Source of the DNA: Candidatus Latescibacterota bacterium
Lineage (GTDB): Bacteria; Latescibacterota; UBA2968; UBA8231
Length of the DNA stretch: 64,000 bases
NCBI GenBank assembly: GCA_965204725.1
Contig: OZ242005.1
Span: 1,632,001 to 1,696,000, forward strand
Reading direction: 5' to 3'
In this document: positions 37,987 to 48,022 of the stretch, one piece after another
Position numbering within the stretch: position 1 is the first letter of the stretch
Layout of the letters: every line of letters begins with the position of its first letter
The notes under the pieces: model-generated
Seen by the model: the letters and a program-made list of their open reading frames with translations, nothing else
What the model was told of the DNA's origin: nothing
Database searches by the model: none
Made by a program: the position numbers and the translations under genes

Positions 37987-38050
37987 AATCGCTACGCACA
38001 AGCGCAAGAAGAGACTGCGCAAGAATCGACACAAGAAGAAGAACATTTAG
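37955..38050 (+). CDS. 30S ribosomal protein bS22 (AURKAIP1/COX24 family), 31 aa; absent from the ORF track
   Basis: Manual translation MPCGRKRKRHKIATHKRKKRLRKNRHKKKNI; aggag upstream. Confidence 0.85.
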   Translation: MPCGRKRKRHKIATHKRKKRLRKNRHKKKNI

Positions 38051-38055
38051 GCTAA

Positions 38056-38132
38056 GGGCTAATAGCTCAGCTGGATAGAGCGCCGGTCTCCGGAACCGGA
38101 GGTCCCAGGTTCGAATCCTGGTTAGCTCACCA
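38056..38132 (+). tRNA. tRNA-Arg(CCG)
   Basis: Cloverleaf, anticodon arm ccggt-ctCCGga-accgg, GTTCGAATC, CCA end. Confidence 0.95.
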
Positions 38133-38164
38133 CTTTGTCGCCACGTATGGTCGGATAATTGAGT

Positions 38165-38242
38165 CGGGGTGTGGCGCAGCCCGGCTAGCGCGCTTCCTTG
38201 GGGTGGAAGAGGTCGCTGGTTCAAATCCAGTCACCCCGACCA
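38165..38242 (+). tRNA. tRNA-Pro(GGG)
   Basis: cttcc-ttGGGgt-ggaag, GTTCAAATC, CCA end. Confidence 0.95.
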
Positions 38243-38296
38243 TTTTATTTTTTTATTTTACATGTAAGAGCACGGCTTTTGTTTATTTATCTATGT

Positions 38297-38374
38297 CGGG
38301 GTGTAGCGCAGCCCGGCTAGCGCACCTGCTTCGGGAGCAGGGGGTCGCCGGTTCAAATCCGGCCACCCCGACCA
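38297..38374 (+). tRNA. tRNA-Pro(CGG)
   Basis: cctgc-ttCGGga-gcagg, GTTCAAATC, CCA end. Confidence 0.95.
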
Positions 38375-38376
38375 CG

Positions 38377-38421
38377 AATTAAGTCCCTGTGAGGTTTTAA
38401 CTTACAGGGACTTAATTTATT
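38377..38421 (+). terminator. Terminator hairpin after the tRNA cluster
   Basis: aattaagtccctgtgag...cttacagggacttaatt inverted repeat. Confidence 0.75.
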
Positions 38422-38434
38422 TGCGGTATGAGGT

Positions 38435-39526
38435 ATGGCTCTCTCCATCGGCATAATCGGCTTGCCCAATGTAGGCAAATCAACGCTCTTCAATGCGCTA
38501 ACGGGCGGTGGGGCCGAGGTATCGAATTATCCATTCTGCACAGTGTCCCCCAATGTCGGTACAGTCGACGTCCCCGACCCGCGCTTGGAGCGGCTAAGCG
38601 AGGTTATTCAGCCCCAATCCACGACGCCCACGGGCATCCGCTTTGTCGATATTGCCGGGCTAGTGCGGGGCGCGAACCAAGGCGCTGGGTTGGGCAATCA
38701 ATTTCTCGCCCACATTAGAGATGTCGATGCCTTGGTCCACGTGGTGCGCTGTTTTGACGACGAGCAAATAAGCCATGTAGATGGGGCGATTGACCCCTTG
38801 CGCGATATTGAGACCCTTGAAACGGAGTTGCTACTAGCGGATTTGGCGGTCTTGGAAAAGGCCGTGCCCCATCTAGATAAAGTGGTCCGCTCTGAGCCGC
38901 GGAGCACGCGGACGCACGAGTTGGCGGCCTGCGCCAAGGTCTTAGAGGGATTGCAACGCGGAACGAGCGCGGCCGCGCTGGGATTGACTGTAGAAGAACA
39001 GGACGTGCTCGCTCCGTATCGCTTGCTGACGGCAAGGCCGGTGCTGTATGCGGCCAATGTCGGGGAAGCAGAGGCCGATGCGCCCGGCCCATGGGTGGAC
39101 CAACTGGTCGAGCGTTATGGAGCGGACCGAGTGCCGGTCGTCTCGGCCCAGTTCCAAGCGGAGCTGGCCGGTCTAAGCCGAGCGGAGCGAGCGGAGTTCA
39201 CTCGGGAATTGGGGCTGGAGCAGGGGGGCATTGAGTGCTTAATCCAAGCCGGATACAAGTTGCTGAATCTGATCACCTTCTACACGCTCGCCCACGGCAA
39301 GCTACAGGCTTGGCAGTTGCCGCGTGGGGAAAAGGCACCGCGAGCAGCCGGGCGGATTCACACGGACATGGAAAAGGGGTTTATCCGCGCCGAACTGGCC
39401 CCTTGTGACCAGCTGCTCACTATGGGGGGATGGGCATCGCTGAAAGCGGCGGGGCAGTTGCGGAGCGAGGGCCGGGATTATACCGTGGCCGATGGGGACG
39501 TCATCACCTTCCTTTTTAAGGTTTGA
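38435..39526 (+). CDS. ychF: Ribosome-binding ATPase YchF
   Basis: GLPNVGKSTLFN, NYPFCT, DIAGLV, IHTDMEKGFIRAE. Confidence 0.95.
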   Translation: MALSIGIIGLPNVGKSTLFNALTGGGAEVSNYPFCTVSPNVGTVDVPDPRLERLSEVIQPQSTTPTGIRFVDIAGLVRGANQGAGLGNQFLAHIRDVDALVHVVRCFDDEQISHVDGAIDPLRDIETLETELLLADLAVLEKAVPHLDKVVRSEPRSTRTHELAACAKVLEGLQRGTSAAALGLTVEEQDVLAPYRLLTARPVLYAANVGEAEADAPGPWVDQLVERYGADRVPVVSAQFQAELAGLSRAERAEFTRELGLEQGGIECLIQAGYKLLNLITFYTLAHGKLQAWQLPRGEKAPRAAGRIHTDMEKGFIRAELAPCDQLLTMGGWASLKAAGQLRSEGRDYTVADGDVITFLFKV

Positions 39527-39702
39527 GGTTTAGCAGAAAGCGCGGAGCACTAGACTCAGGACTCAGCCCAGCGGCGTTGCTCTAATCGTCTCGAGGAACG
39601 CTTTTTTTGTGCGAGCAAGCGCGGCTAAAGCAGTATAAAAACAAGGAATAGGGTCGCTTGACGGAAGGGATTAGGTCGCCTATCTTCTGCCGTCTAAACG
39701 GC

Positions 39703-40533
39703 ATGATAATTTGGGTAAAAATCATCTTGGCAGCGGCCCTGCTCGGCTGTGCTGTATGGTATCTCAAGCCGGATGAGCTCCTCGGGGCCGCAGGACAGGT
39801 TGGTGGGGACAAGGTGCTCGTCTGCGGGGCGATTGCCCTTGTGGGCATCGGCGTCCAGTGGCTTAAGTGGCAGTTGTTGTTGCGCCCCCAAATTCCCGAG
39901 GCCAATGGGCGCGATGCACTCTATTCGCTGCTCGGCGGCGCCGCCCTCGGTCTGGTGACGCCCAGCCGCTTAGGCGAGTTGGGGCGCGGCGTTTTCTTGG
40001 GGCGGAGCCGGACCAAGGCCGCGTTGCTGACGGCTGTGGACAAATTGAGCTCGGCCGCGGTCACGTTGGGGTTGGGGGCCGCCGCCGCTTGGATTTTATG
40101 GCCTCATCTCAGGGGCTTTTTGCTGTTGCTATTCTGCATCCTCGGCGCGCTGCTATATTGGGGGTGGTGCCGCCGGCAAGCGAGTGGGCCGGTGGCATGG
40201 GGGGCCATCGCCGGTTTATCCGTCTCGTTCAACTTGGTATTCATGGCGCAATTTCTCTATTTGGTCTCCGCTAATGTGGCCGCCGACTTAGCGGTTGTGT
40301 TGGCGGTGCCGGTGGTATTTGCCCTAAAAACCCTGTTGCCCTTGGGGTTTTTGGACCTAGGCGTCCGCGAGGCCGCGGCCATCTTGGTATTTAGCAGCCT
40401 CGGCTTAGAGCCGCAACCTGCTTTTGTGGCTAGCCTCTTGATTTTTGCCTGCAATGTGTGCTTGCCGGCTGGCTTGGGCTGGCTGTGGATTGGCAGCCGC
40501 CGACTGCGGACGCTGGGAAAGGCCGCCCTATGA
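39703..40533 (+). CDS. Lysylphosphatidylglycerol synthase TM-domain protein
   Basis: KWQLLL, TPSRLGELGR, LGVRE. Confidence 0.8.
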   Translation: MIIWVKIILAAALLGCAVWYLKPDELLGAAGQVGGDKVLVCGAIALVGIGVQWLKWQLLLRPQIPEANGRDALYSLLGGAALGLVTPSRLGELGRGVFLGRSRTKAALLTAVDKLSSAAVTLGLGAAAAWILWPHLRGFLLLLFCILGALLYWGWCRRQASGPVAWGAIAGLSVSFNLVFMAQFLYLVSANVAADLAVVLAVPVVFALKTLLPLGFLDLGVREAAAILVFSSLGLEPQPAFVASLLIFACNVCLPAGLGWLWIGSRRLRTLGKAAL

Positions 40534-41252
40534 ATTCGGCGTATGCGATAAAAAAAGAAATATGCGAAGTAGGGCACCGGGTCTATCAGCGCGGGTACGT
40601 AGCGGCCAACGACGGCAACATCAGCGTCCGCCTAGAGGACGACCGAGTGCTGTGTACGCCAACCGGCGTGAGCAAGGGCTATCTGAGCGCCGACATGATA
40701 GCTACCTGCGACATGGCGGGTGGGCAAGTTGCGGGGTCGATGAAAATATCGTCGGAAATCCGCATGCACCTCGAAATCTACAAGCTGCGGCCCGATGTCC
40801 GCGCAGTCGTCCACGCGCATCCGCCGACCGCGACCGGTTTTGCCGTCGCAGGTATTGAACTGACTCAGTGCGTATTGCCCGAGGTCATCGTCAGCCTCGG
40901 GGGCGTTCCACTGGCGGACTACGGCACGCCCGGCGGCCCTGATATCGTCGAGCCGATGAAGCCGCTTTTGCGGCAATACGACGCCGTTCTAATGGCCAAT
41001 CACGGGGTCGTAACCGTCGGCCAACACGTCATGGACGCCCATTTCAAGATGGAGACGGTCGAACACTTTGCCCAAATCGCCTTGGTGGCGCACCAACTCG
41101 GGGGGATGCGGACGCTTGAGGGAAAAGATGTGGAAGATCTCGCGAATCTGCGGACGCGCTTTGGAATTGGGGATCGCCCCTCCTGCGAGCAAGCAGGAGA
41201 AAGCGCGCTCGTCGAGCGGATTACCGAAGAAGTCCTGCGCCAACTGCGCTAG
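40530..41252 (+). CDS. Class II aldolase/adducin family (fuculose-1-P aldolase-like)
   Basis: DGNISVR, SSE..MH, VVHAHP, NHG. Confidence 0.92.
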   Translation: MNSAYAIKKEICEVGHRVYQRGYVAANDGNISVRLEDDRVLCTPTGVSKGYLSADMIATCDMAGGQVAGSMKISSEIRMHLEIYKLRPDVRAVVHAHPPTATGFAVAGIELTQCVLPEVIVSLGGVPLADYGTPGGPDIVEPMKPLLRQYDAVLMANHGVVTVGQHVMDAHFKMETVEHFAQIALVAHQLGGMRTLEGKDVEDLANLRTRFGIGDRPSCEQAGESALVERITEEVLRQLR

Positions 41253-41264
41253 CTGTGAGGGAGT

Positions 41265-42245
41265 ATGAGGTTTATAGGACTGATCGCCGCTGTCATTTGG
41301 CTAGCAACTCCGGCGGGCGGCCAAGCCATCGTCGAGGCGGTCCAGCGCGGAGACTCCCTGTTGACGCAAGGCCAGCCTAAACAGGCCCTAGCCGAATACG
41401 AAAAGGCCCGCGAACTGGGCGCGGGCGGTGCGGTGTTTCTCAATCGCTTGGCCAGCCTCTACATGCAGACCGGCGGCTATAAGCAGGCGGTCGAAGCGCT
41501 GCAAACCTCGCTCGTGCCGGTCTATTCGGCGTTGGGGGAGGCCTTTTTGGCCATGGGCCAGCTCGATTCGTCTATTTTTTACGTCGAACAAGCGAGTATT
41601 TTGGCCCCGTCCGCAACCAAAATCCACAGCACCCTCGGTTATCTCTACATGCAGGCCGGACAGAGCGAAAGGGCGCGCCAACGCCTCGACCGGGCTTTGG
41701 CTCTGGACGCCCAAAACTCGGAAGCCTATCGCCTATATGGGTATTACCACGCGCAAAAGGACTCGATAAATCGAGCTATTGAATCCTATCAAAAGTTGGC
41801 GGAGTTATCGCCGGAAAACGTCGAAGCCTACAACAACATCGCGTTCCTCCTCGTCGGAGCCGAGCGCTATCCCGAAGCACTCGACTATTACAACCGAGCT
41901 AAAGATCAGACGCAAGACCCGTACCTAGCCGAGGCGATCGCGGCCAAGATCGAAGAGGTACAGGCGATCTTAGCCGGCGAGATGCGGGCGCGCTACATAT
42001 TGGTTGAAACCGAAGCGTCGGCCCTTGAGGTTCTCGAAAAAATGGCGCAAGGAGCCGATTTTTCCCAGCTAGCGCAGCAGCGTTCCATCGCGCCCAACGC
42101 CCGTCAAGGGGGGGATTTGGGCTTTTTTGGCCCGGGTGAACTCATGCCCGAAATTGAGGAAGTCGTGGTAAAACTGAAGGTTGGGGAGCTGAGCCCCGTC
42201 GTGGAAATACCTCTGGGGTACATCGTGGTACAGCGATTGAACTAA
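41265..42245 (+). CDS. Exported TPR-repeat protein with C-terminal parvulin PPIase domain
   Basis: Signal peptide, TPR repeats, FSQLAQQRS..GGDLGFF. Confidence 0.85.
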   Translation: MRFIGLIAAVIWLATPAGGQAIVEAVQRGDSLLTQGQPKQALAEYEKARELGAGGAVFLNRLASLYMQTGGYKQAVEALQTSLVPVYSALGEAFLAMGQLDSSIFYVEQASILAPSATKIHSTLGYLYMQAGQSERARQRLDRALALDAQNSEAYRLYGYYHAQKDSINRAIESYQKLAELSPENVEAYNNIAFLLVGAERYPEALDYYNRAKDQTQDPYLAEAIAAKIEEVQAILAGEMRARYILVETEASALEVLEKMAQGADFSQLAQQRSIAPNARQGGDLGFFGPGELMPEIEEVVVKLKVGELSPVVEIPLGYIVVQRLN

Positions 42246-42278
42246 AGCCCCTGAGTCTCTCCAACAGAGCGAGTTGGC

Positions 42279-43646
42279 ATGCCCCATTCCTATAATACTT
42301 GGTTCCAGTGCCTCAACTGCGACGACGAGTGCTATCCGCTCAACGAAATAGTCTATGACTGTCAAAAGTGTGGGGGACTGCTCGAAGTACGCCACGATAT
42401 GGAAGCCTTACAGCGGCGCTCGGGCGGCGAGTGGCGGACGCTTTTTGATCAGCGCTACATGAGTTCAGTGCATCCCTATGGGAGTTCGGTGTGGGGCAAG
42501 AAAGAGATCGTCTGCCCCCTCGTCGAAGACGAGAACGTGGTCTCCATGTACGAGGGGGGGAGCAACTTGCTCTGGGCCGAACGCTTGGGCGCCGAACTGG
42601 GCATGGAGGATTTGTGGATAAAGCAGTGCGGCAACAGCCACACGGGTTCGTTTAAGGACTTGGGCATGACGGTCTTGGTTTCCATGGTCAATCAGATGAT
42701 TGCCGAGGGCCAGCATATCCCCGCGGTAGCCTGCGCCTCAACGGGAGACACCTCGGCCGCGTTGGCCGCGTATTGCGCGGCGGCCGGCATCCCGGCGATC
42801 GTCTTATTGCCCAAAGACATGATCTCCACCGCCCAGCTCATCCAGCCCATAGCCAACGGCGCGCTGACGCTCGCCTTGCGCACTGATTTCGATGGGTGCA
42901 TGGCTTTGGTGCAGGAAATCTGCCGCCGCGACCAAATTTATCTGGCCAACTCGATGAACTCGCTCCGCATTGAAGGGCAGAAGACCATAGCCATTGAGCT
43001 GTTGCAGCAGTTTCACTGGGAGGTCCCCGATTGGGTCATTATTCCGGGCGGCAACTTGGGCAATGTCAGTGCCTTGGGGAAGGGGTTTATCGAGGCTCAG
43101 AAAATGGGGCTTATAGACAAGCTGCCGCGCATTGCCGTCGCCCAAGCAGCCCAGGCCAATCCGCTCTATCTCAGCTATCTCGACCGGTTCCGCACCTTTG
43201 AGCCGCAAACGGCCGGCGACACGTTGGCCAGCGCCATAAAGATCGGCAACCCCGTGAGCAGGGAGCGGGCCATTCGCACCTTGCAGCGCTTCGACGGCAT
43301 CGTCGAAATGGCCACAGAAGACGAACTGGCCAACGCCTGTGCAAGGGCCGACCGCAATGGCTTGTTCACCTGTCCCCACACGGGCGTTGCCTTAGCCGCC
43401 CTAGACAAAATGATCGCGGCCGGGCACATCGCGCCCCACAGCCGCGTGATCGTAATATCCACAGCGCACGGGCTGAAGTTTCCAGATTTCAAAGTGAAAT
43501 ACCACGAAGACCAGTTGCGGGCGTTCCACGTCGAGCCGAGGTATCGCAATATGCCCGTTGAACTCGAAGCCGAATACGAAGCCGTGCATCGGGCCGTCCT
43601 CGAGGCCGTAGCGCAGCACCCGCCCCTGAGAAAGCCAAGCCAATGA
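42279..43646 (+). CDS. thrC: Threonine synthase (plant-like clade)
   Basis: [36 protein letters not shown]. Confidence 0.95.
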   Translation: MPHSYNTWFQCLNCDDECYPLNEIVYDCQKCGGLLEVRHDMEALQRRSGGEWRTLFDQRYMSSVHPYGSSVWGKKEIVCPLVEDENVVSMYEGGSNLLWAERLGAELGMEDLWIKQCGNSHTGSFKDLGMTVLVSMVNQMIAEGQHIPAVACASTGDTSAALAAYCAAAGIPAIVLLPKDMISTAQLIQPIANGALTLALRTDFDGCMALVQEICRRDQIYLANSMNSLRIEGQKTIAIELLQQFHWEVPDWVIIPGGNLGNVSALGKGFIEAQKMGLIDKLPRIAVAQAAQANPLYLSYLDRFRTFEPQTAGDTLASAIKIGNPVSRERAIRTLQRFDGIVEMATEDELANACARADRNGLFTCPHTGVALAALDKMIAAGHIAPHSRVIVISTAHGLKFPDFKVKYHEDQLRAFHVEPRYRNMPVELEAEYEAVHRAVLEAVAQHPPLRKPSQ

Positions 43647-44830
43647 ACCGCCCCGACGATGGTTTTGTAGGAGAGTCCACTCGTTCTGTCCACGAGGGCG
43701 TGGAACGAGATAAGTTTGCCCAGTCGCTCATCGACCCCATTGCCCAGACGGCCACCTATACTTTTGCCGATCTAGATGAATTTGCCGCCTTTAAGGCCGG
43801 CGAGAAGGCCCTCTACGAATACGGGCGCTATGGCAATCCGACCCAGCGGGCCGCCGAGCGCAGAATCGCCGCCTTAGAAAATGCCGCCGCCGCTTTGCTC
43901 TTTTCCTCGGGCATGAGCGCGATCACCTCGGTGCTCTATGCCATGCTGCGCCAAGGGCAACACGTGGTGCTCATGGAAGATTGCTATCGCATGACGGCCA
44001 AGTTCTGCGAAGTCTTGGCCAAATTCGGCATTGAATCCACCCTCGTTAAACCCGGCGACATGGCGGCACTGGCGGCGGCTGTGCGCCCGGAGACCCGCTT
44101 GATCTTTACGGAGTCGCCGACCAATCCCCACCTGCATGTCCTCGACTTGGAGCAGCTCGTCGCCTTTGCCAAACAACGGCGGCTCAAGGTTATCATCGAC
44201 AGCACCTTGGCTACGCCCGTCAATCAAAGGCCGCTCGATTTCGGGGTTGATCTGGTCATCCACAGCGCGACCAAATACCTCGGGGGGCACAACGACCTGA
44301 TGGCGGGGGCTGTCTGTGGCCGGGGTCCTTTAGTCGAGGCCATTGGCGAATACCAGCGAATCACGGGCGCGATCGTCGATCCCAATACCTCGTATTTATT
44401 GATCCGAGGGCTAAAGACGCTCGCATTACGCGTTCAGCGGCAAAACGATACCGCCCTGACTGTGGCCCGGTTCCTAGCCGCCCATCCCAAGATCCGCGCG
44501 GTCTTTTACCCAGGCCTCGAAAGCCACGCGGACCACCGCGTCGCCAAAGAGCAAATGCACGGTTTTGGCGGGCTGGTCAGCTTTGAGGTGGACGGAACCC
44601 TCGAGCAGACGCGGAATTTTATCCATCGTCTAGCCGTGCCTTATATCGCGCCGAGCTTGGGCGGGGTCGAGACGCTGGTCTCGCATCCGGCGACCGTTTC
44701 CTATTACGATTTGAGCCGGAAGGAGCGGCTGGACCTTGGCATCACCGACCAGTTGGTGCGCTATGCCGTAGGCATTGAGGACGCCGCAGAGCTCGTCGGC
44801 GATATAGAGCGGGCGCTTGCGACAGTCTGA
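43643..44830 (+). CDS. metB: Cystathionine gamma-synthase family PLP enzyme
   Basis: [33 protein letters not shown]. Confidence 0.85.
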   Translation: MNRPDDGFVGESTRSVHEGVERDKFAQSLIDPIAQTATYTFADLDEFAAFKAGEKALYEYGRYGNPTQRAAERRIAALENAAAALLFSSGMSAITSVLYAMLRQGQHVVLMEDCYRMTAKFCEVLAKFGIESTLVKPGDMAALAAAVRPETRLIFTESPTNPHLHVLDLEQLVAFAKQRRLKVIIDSTLATPVNQRPLDFGVDLVIHSATKYLGGHNDLMAGAVCGRGPLVEAIGEYQRITGAIVDPNTSYLLIRGLKTLALRVQRQNDTALTVARFLAAHPKIRAVFYPGLESHADHRVAKEQMHGFGGLVSFEVDGTLEQTRNFIHRLAVPYIAPSLGGVETLVSHPATVSYYDLSRKERLDLGITDQLVRYAVGIEDAAELVGDIERALATV

Positions 44831-44834
44831 GCGG

Positions 44835-45263
44835 TCAGAAGTTCAAGTCGGCCAAGAGCGCGGTCCAGGGCAGGGAAGCGACTCTACGGTACAGGTCGCC
44901 GTCGCTGGTCACGGCTTGGCAGCGGAGCTGGGCCCCCAAGGCAATGAAGCCCGCCGCGTACATGCTGATGGAATGCTCAAAGGCGATTTGCGTGGCTTTG
45001 CGGATAATTTCGGGGTTGTAAGGCACGATATCCAAGTGCATGTACTCCAAGCTGGCCAACGCATCGTCTATATGCGTCCGGTCGAATTGTCGGCTTTCCT
45101 TGAGGACATGGGCTAGCTCGTATATAGATTGGTCGAGCACGGTCAGTTCAACGCGCTCGGCTAACTGTTCTTGGCGAAGTCCAAGAGCCTTGTGGGAGTC
45201 CACATCGTGGGCTGGAGAAAACCACCTCAGCATAACCGAGGTATCGAGCGCGTAGCGAATCAC
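44835..45263 (-). CDS. vapC: VapC PIN-domain toxin
   Basis: ALDTSV, YE, VTSD PIN residues; GTGA overlap with antitoxin. Confidence 0.8.
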   Translation of the reverse strand: MIRYALDTSVMLRWFSPAHDVDSHKALGLRQEQLAERVELTVLDQSIYELAHVLKESRQFDRTHIDDALASLEYMHLDIVPYNPEIIRKATQIAFEHSISMYAAGFIALGAQLRCQAVTSDGDLYRRVASLPWTALLADLNF

Positions 45264-45517
45264 TGCATTCGCCGTTCCGCGCGCAGAACTTGGAGCGGGT
45301 CCCAAGGCAGGGCCTTTTGGCGCAGGCTGTCTTGGAGCGTCATCCCGTGTTCGATAGCGGCCTGTTTGCGCTGGTACTCGTAGGTTGCTTCCCGTTGTTG
45401 GCAGTACGCCATAAAGGCCAAACGCAGGAGTTTGCTGCGGCTTACGCCCTCCTGCTGTGCAACTTGATCGATGCGTTCGAGCAGATCGTCCGGCAGCATG
45501 ACATTTACGCGCGCCAT
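45260..45517 (-). CDS. CopG/RHH antitoxin
   Basis: RVNVMLPDDLLERID...SRSKLLR. Confidence 0.82.
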   Translation of the reverse strand: MARVNVMLPDDLLERIDQVAQQEGVSRSKLLRLAFMAYCQQREATYEYQRKQAAIEHGMTLQDSLRQKALPWDPLQVLRAERRMQ

Positions 45518-45651
45518 AAACTCCTTTCCTCTTTCCTTTCGCCTGATAAGCGGCGCAAAATGGCCAAGTTAGTTTTGCGGCAACGGGCTGTCAAGGCGGC
45601 CCTCTTGCCTTTGTTTGGGGCGGTCTTTACTGTTACAACTGGGATTAGAGC

Positions 45652-46602
45652 ATGAAAAATCACCTGAAAATATTGTCGGGTTCGAGCAATCGAGAACTGG
45701 CCCAAGAAATATGCGATTACTTGGCGGTTCCTCCGGCTCGCCGCCAGATCGTCCGCGCGCCAAACGACAACATAAAGGTTAAAATTGAGGAGAACGTGCG
45801 CGAAGACGACGTCTTCGTCCTCCAGACCTCCGCCCCTCCGGTCAACCACCACTTCGTTGAACTGCTGTTGCTCATCGACGCGCTCAAGTACGCGTCGTCG
45901 CGCCGAATTACGGCCGTGCTGCCGTACTATCCCTACGTGCGCTCCGACAAAAAGGACGAACCGCGCATTTCGATTAGTGCCCGCCTCGTGGCCGACTTGC
46001 TCCAAGCGGCCGGGGCCGACCGCATTTTGACCCTCGCCTTGCACAGCCCGCAAATCGTGGCGTTCTCGCGCATTCCGGTCGACCAATTGTGGGCTACGAG
46101 CCTGCTGTGCAATTTTATGCGGCAGAAAGACCTCAGCAACGCCGTGGTGGTGTCGCCCGATGTGGGGAGCGCCGATGAAGCGAGCGCATACGCGCGTCGG
46201 CTCGGCTTGCCCATGGCCATTATGGACAAACGCCGCCACGCGGACGACGAAAAGGCCAACATCAAAAACATGATCGGCGAGGTCGCGGGCCGAGACGCCC
46301 TGCTCTTCGACGACGAAGTGCTGACGGGGGGGTCCATGATGGAGTCCATCCGGGTTCTCAAGGAAAGGGGTGCTCGCCGCATCCTGGCCGGCTGTACGCA
46401 CGGCGTTTTTTCGGGCCGTGCGCTAGAGCGGATTGATGCCTCTTCGGTGGAAGCATTCGCCACCACCAATACCATTCCCTTGCCGGCGGGTAAGCCGCGG
46501 CGCAAAATTGCCGTATTGAGCGTCGCCCGGTTGTTGGGGGATGCGATCAAAGCCATTCACCGCGGCGAATCCGTGAGCCGCTTAATTGAGTGGGAGGGCT
46601 AG
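45652..46602 (+). CDS. prs: Ribose-phosphate pyrophosphokinase
   Basis: PYYPYVRSDKK, VSPD, DKRR, DDEVLTGGS. Confidence 0.93.
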   Translation: MKNHLKILSGSSNRELAQEICDYLAVPPARRQIVRAPNDNIKVKIEENVREDDVFVLQTSAPPVNHHFVELLLLIDALKYASSRRITAVLPYYPYVRSDKKDEPRISISARLVADLLQAAGADRILTLALHSPQIVAFSRIPVDQLWATSLLCNFMRQKDLSNAVVVSPDVGSADEASAYARRLGLPMAIMDKRRHADDEKANIKNMIGEVAGRDALLFDDEVLTGGSMMESIRVLKERGARRILAGCTHGVFSGRALERIDASSVEAFATTNTIPLPAGKPRRKIAVLSVARLLGDAIKAIHRGESVSRLIEWEG

Positions 46603-46605
46603 ACC

Positions 46606-46767
46606 ATGCCAAGTAAGCTGAGTATTTTCTCTGAGTTATGGGATTTTATGAAGGTCCGCAAAAAGTGGTGGTTGGGGCCGATATTCGCCGTTTTGGTGTT
46701 GCTCGGGTTGTTAATTGTCACAACCCAAGGGTCGGCGGTGGCACCCTTCATTTACACGCTGTTTTAG
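46606..46767 (+). CDS. DUF5989 (SxtK-like) small membrane protein, 53 aa; absent from the ORF track
   Basis: Manual translation ...ELWDFMKVRKKWWLGPI...GSAVAPFIYTLF. Confidence 0.85.
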   Translation: MPSKLSIFSELWDFMKVRKKWWLGPIFAVLVLLGLLIVTTQGSAVAPFIYTLF

Positions 46768-46791
46768 TGCTCATAAAATTTTTTATGTAAA

Positions 46792-47304
46792 ATGAACCTC
46801 AAAGAACTCATCCACGAAATCCCCAACTTCCCGCAAGACGGCGTCTCGTACAAAGACATCACGCCGCTGCTCAAAGACCCTGCTGGTTTCTCGGCCGCCG
46901 TCCAAACCATGCTGGCCCCCTTTGCGGACGCCCCCATTGACCTAGTCGTAGGCATAGAGGCCCGCGGCTTTGTATTCGCAACCCCGATCGCACTCGAATT
47001 GGGATGTGGTTTTGTGCCAGCGCGCAAACCGGGGAAGCTACCGGCGGCCACCTTGCGCCGCGAGTACTCGCTCGAATACGGCGAGACGGCCGTAGAAATC
47101 CACACCGATGCCATGGCACCCGGACAAAAGATATTGGTCGTGGATGACGTTTTGGCCACCGGCGGGACCTTGGCGGCGACCTGTCAAGTGCTCGAAACAC
47201 TAGGGGCGGTTGTCGCGGGCATCAGCGTCTTGGCCGAGCTGCGCTTTCTAGCCGGCCGCGACCGCTTGCCCGGATATCAGTTAGAAACCGCTATCGTCTA
47301 TTAA
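46792..47304 (+). CDS. apt: Adenine phosphoribosyltransferase
   Basis: KDITPLL, EARGF, RKPGKLP, VDDVLATGGT. Confidence 0.96.
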   Translation: MNLKELIHEIPNFPQDGVSYKDITPLLKDPAGFSAAVQTMLAPFADAPIDLVVGIEARGFVFATPIALELGCGFVPARKPGKLPAATLRREYSLEYGETAVEIHTDAMAPGQKILVVDDVLATGGTLAATCQVLETLGAVVAGISVLAELRFLAGRDRLPGYQLETAIVY

Positions 47305-47339
47305 CCCAAAACCCAAAACGATGGAGCCATCATACCTTC

Positions 47340-48008
47340 ATGTCGAGTGAGCACCGTAAACTGAGCAAGAGCGAACTCCGCGAAGACGAGTTTGTCGAAT
47401 GGATCATGCAGGCGGTCGAGTACGTCAAGGAGCGCGCCCGCCTCTTTGTCGGGGGGGCCGTCGCCGTGATCGCGGTCATTATGGCCATCCATTATTCCAT
47501 CGAGTCCAAAGAGGCCAATCGGCTCAAAGCCGCGGCCCTGCTCGGGGATGTGCTGATGGTCGAGCAGGGCGGAGAGCCGACCGAAGCCATCCGCTTGGCC
47601 GAAGAGTTGGCGTCCTCCTATGCTGGGACGCCGGCCGCCGCCCAAGGGATCGTGCTTTTGGCCCATCTCCACTATGCACAGGGCCGCTATGCCGAGGCTC
47701 GGACCTACTATCAGCGCTACTTGGACAACTACGAGCCGTTGGATGTCTTGGCCTATGCAGCCCAAAGCGGTCTGGGGGCCTGTCTCGAAGCCGAAGGGCA
47801 GTTCTTGGCTGCGGCCGAGCACTACGAAGCACTTGCGGCTCAACAGGCCGGGACGATCCACGAAGCTATGGCGCGGATGGAAGCCGCCCGCATCTATGGG
47901 TTGGCTGGCGAGCGCGACAAGCAACAGGCCCTACTCGAACAGGTCAGTCGCACGTTCCCCCAGTACCCCATTGCCGCTCAAGCCCGCGCGGCCCTAGCCC
48001 TGTTCTAA
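47340..48008 (+). CDS. YfgM-like single-TM TPR protein
   Basis: KSELREDEF, one TM helix, TPR-like helices. Confidence 0.75.
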   Translation: MSSEHRKLSKSELREDEFVEWIMQAVEYVKERARLFVGGAVAVIAVIMAIHYSIESKEANRLKAAALLGDVLMVEQGGEPTEAIRLAEELASSYAGTPAAAQGIVLLAHLHYAQGRYAEARTYYQRYLDNYEPLDVLAYAAQSGLGACLEAEGQFLAAAEHYEALAAQQAGTIHEAMARMEAARIYGLAGERDKQQALLEQVSRTFPQYPIAAQARAALALF

Positions 48009-48022
48009 GGGAAGGGGCCTGA

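Noticed and set aside
38056-38434. tRNA-anchored genomic island
   Set aside because: No integrase or duplicated tRNA 3' end nearby; ychF follows directly.
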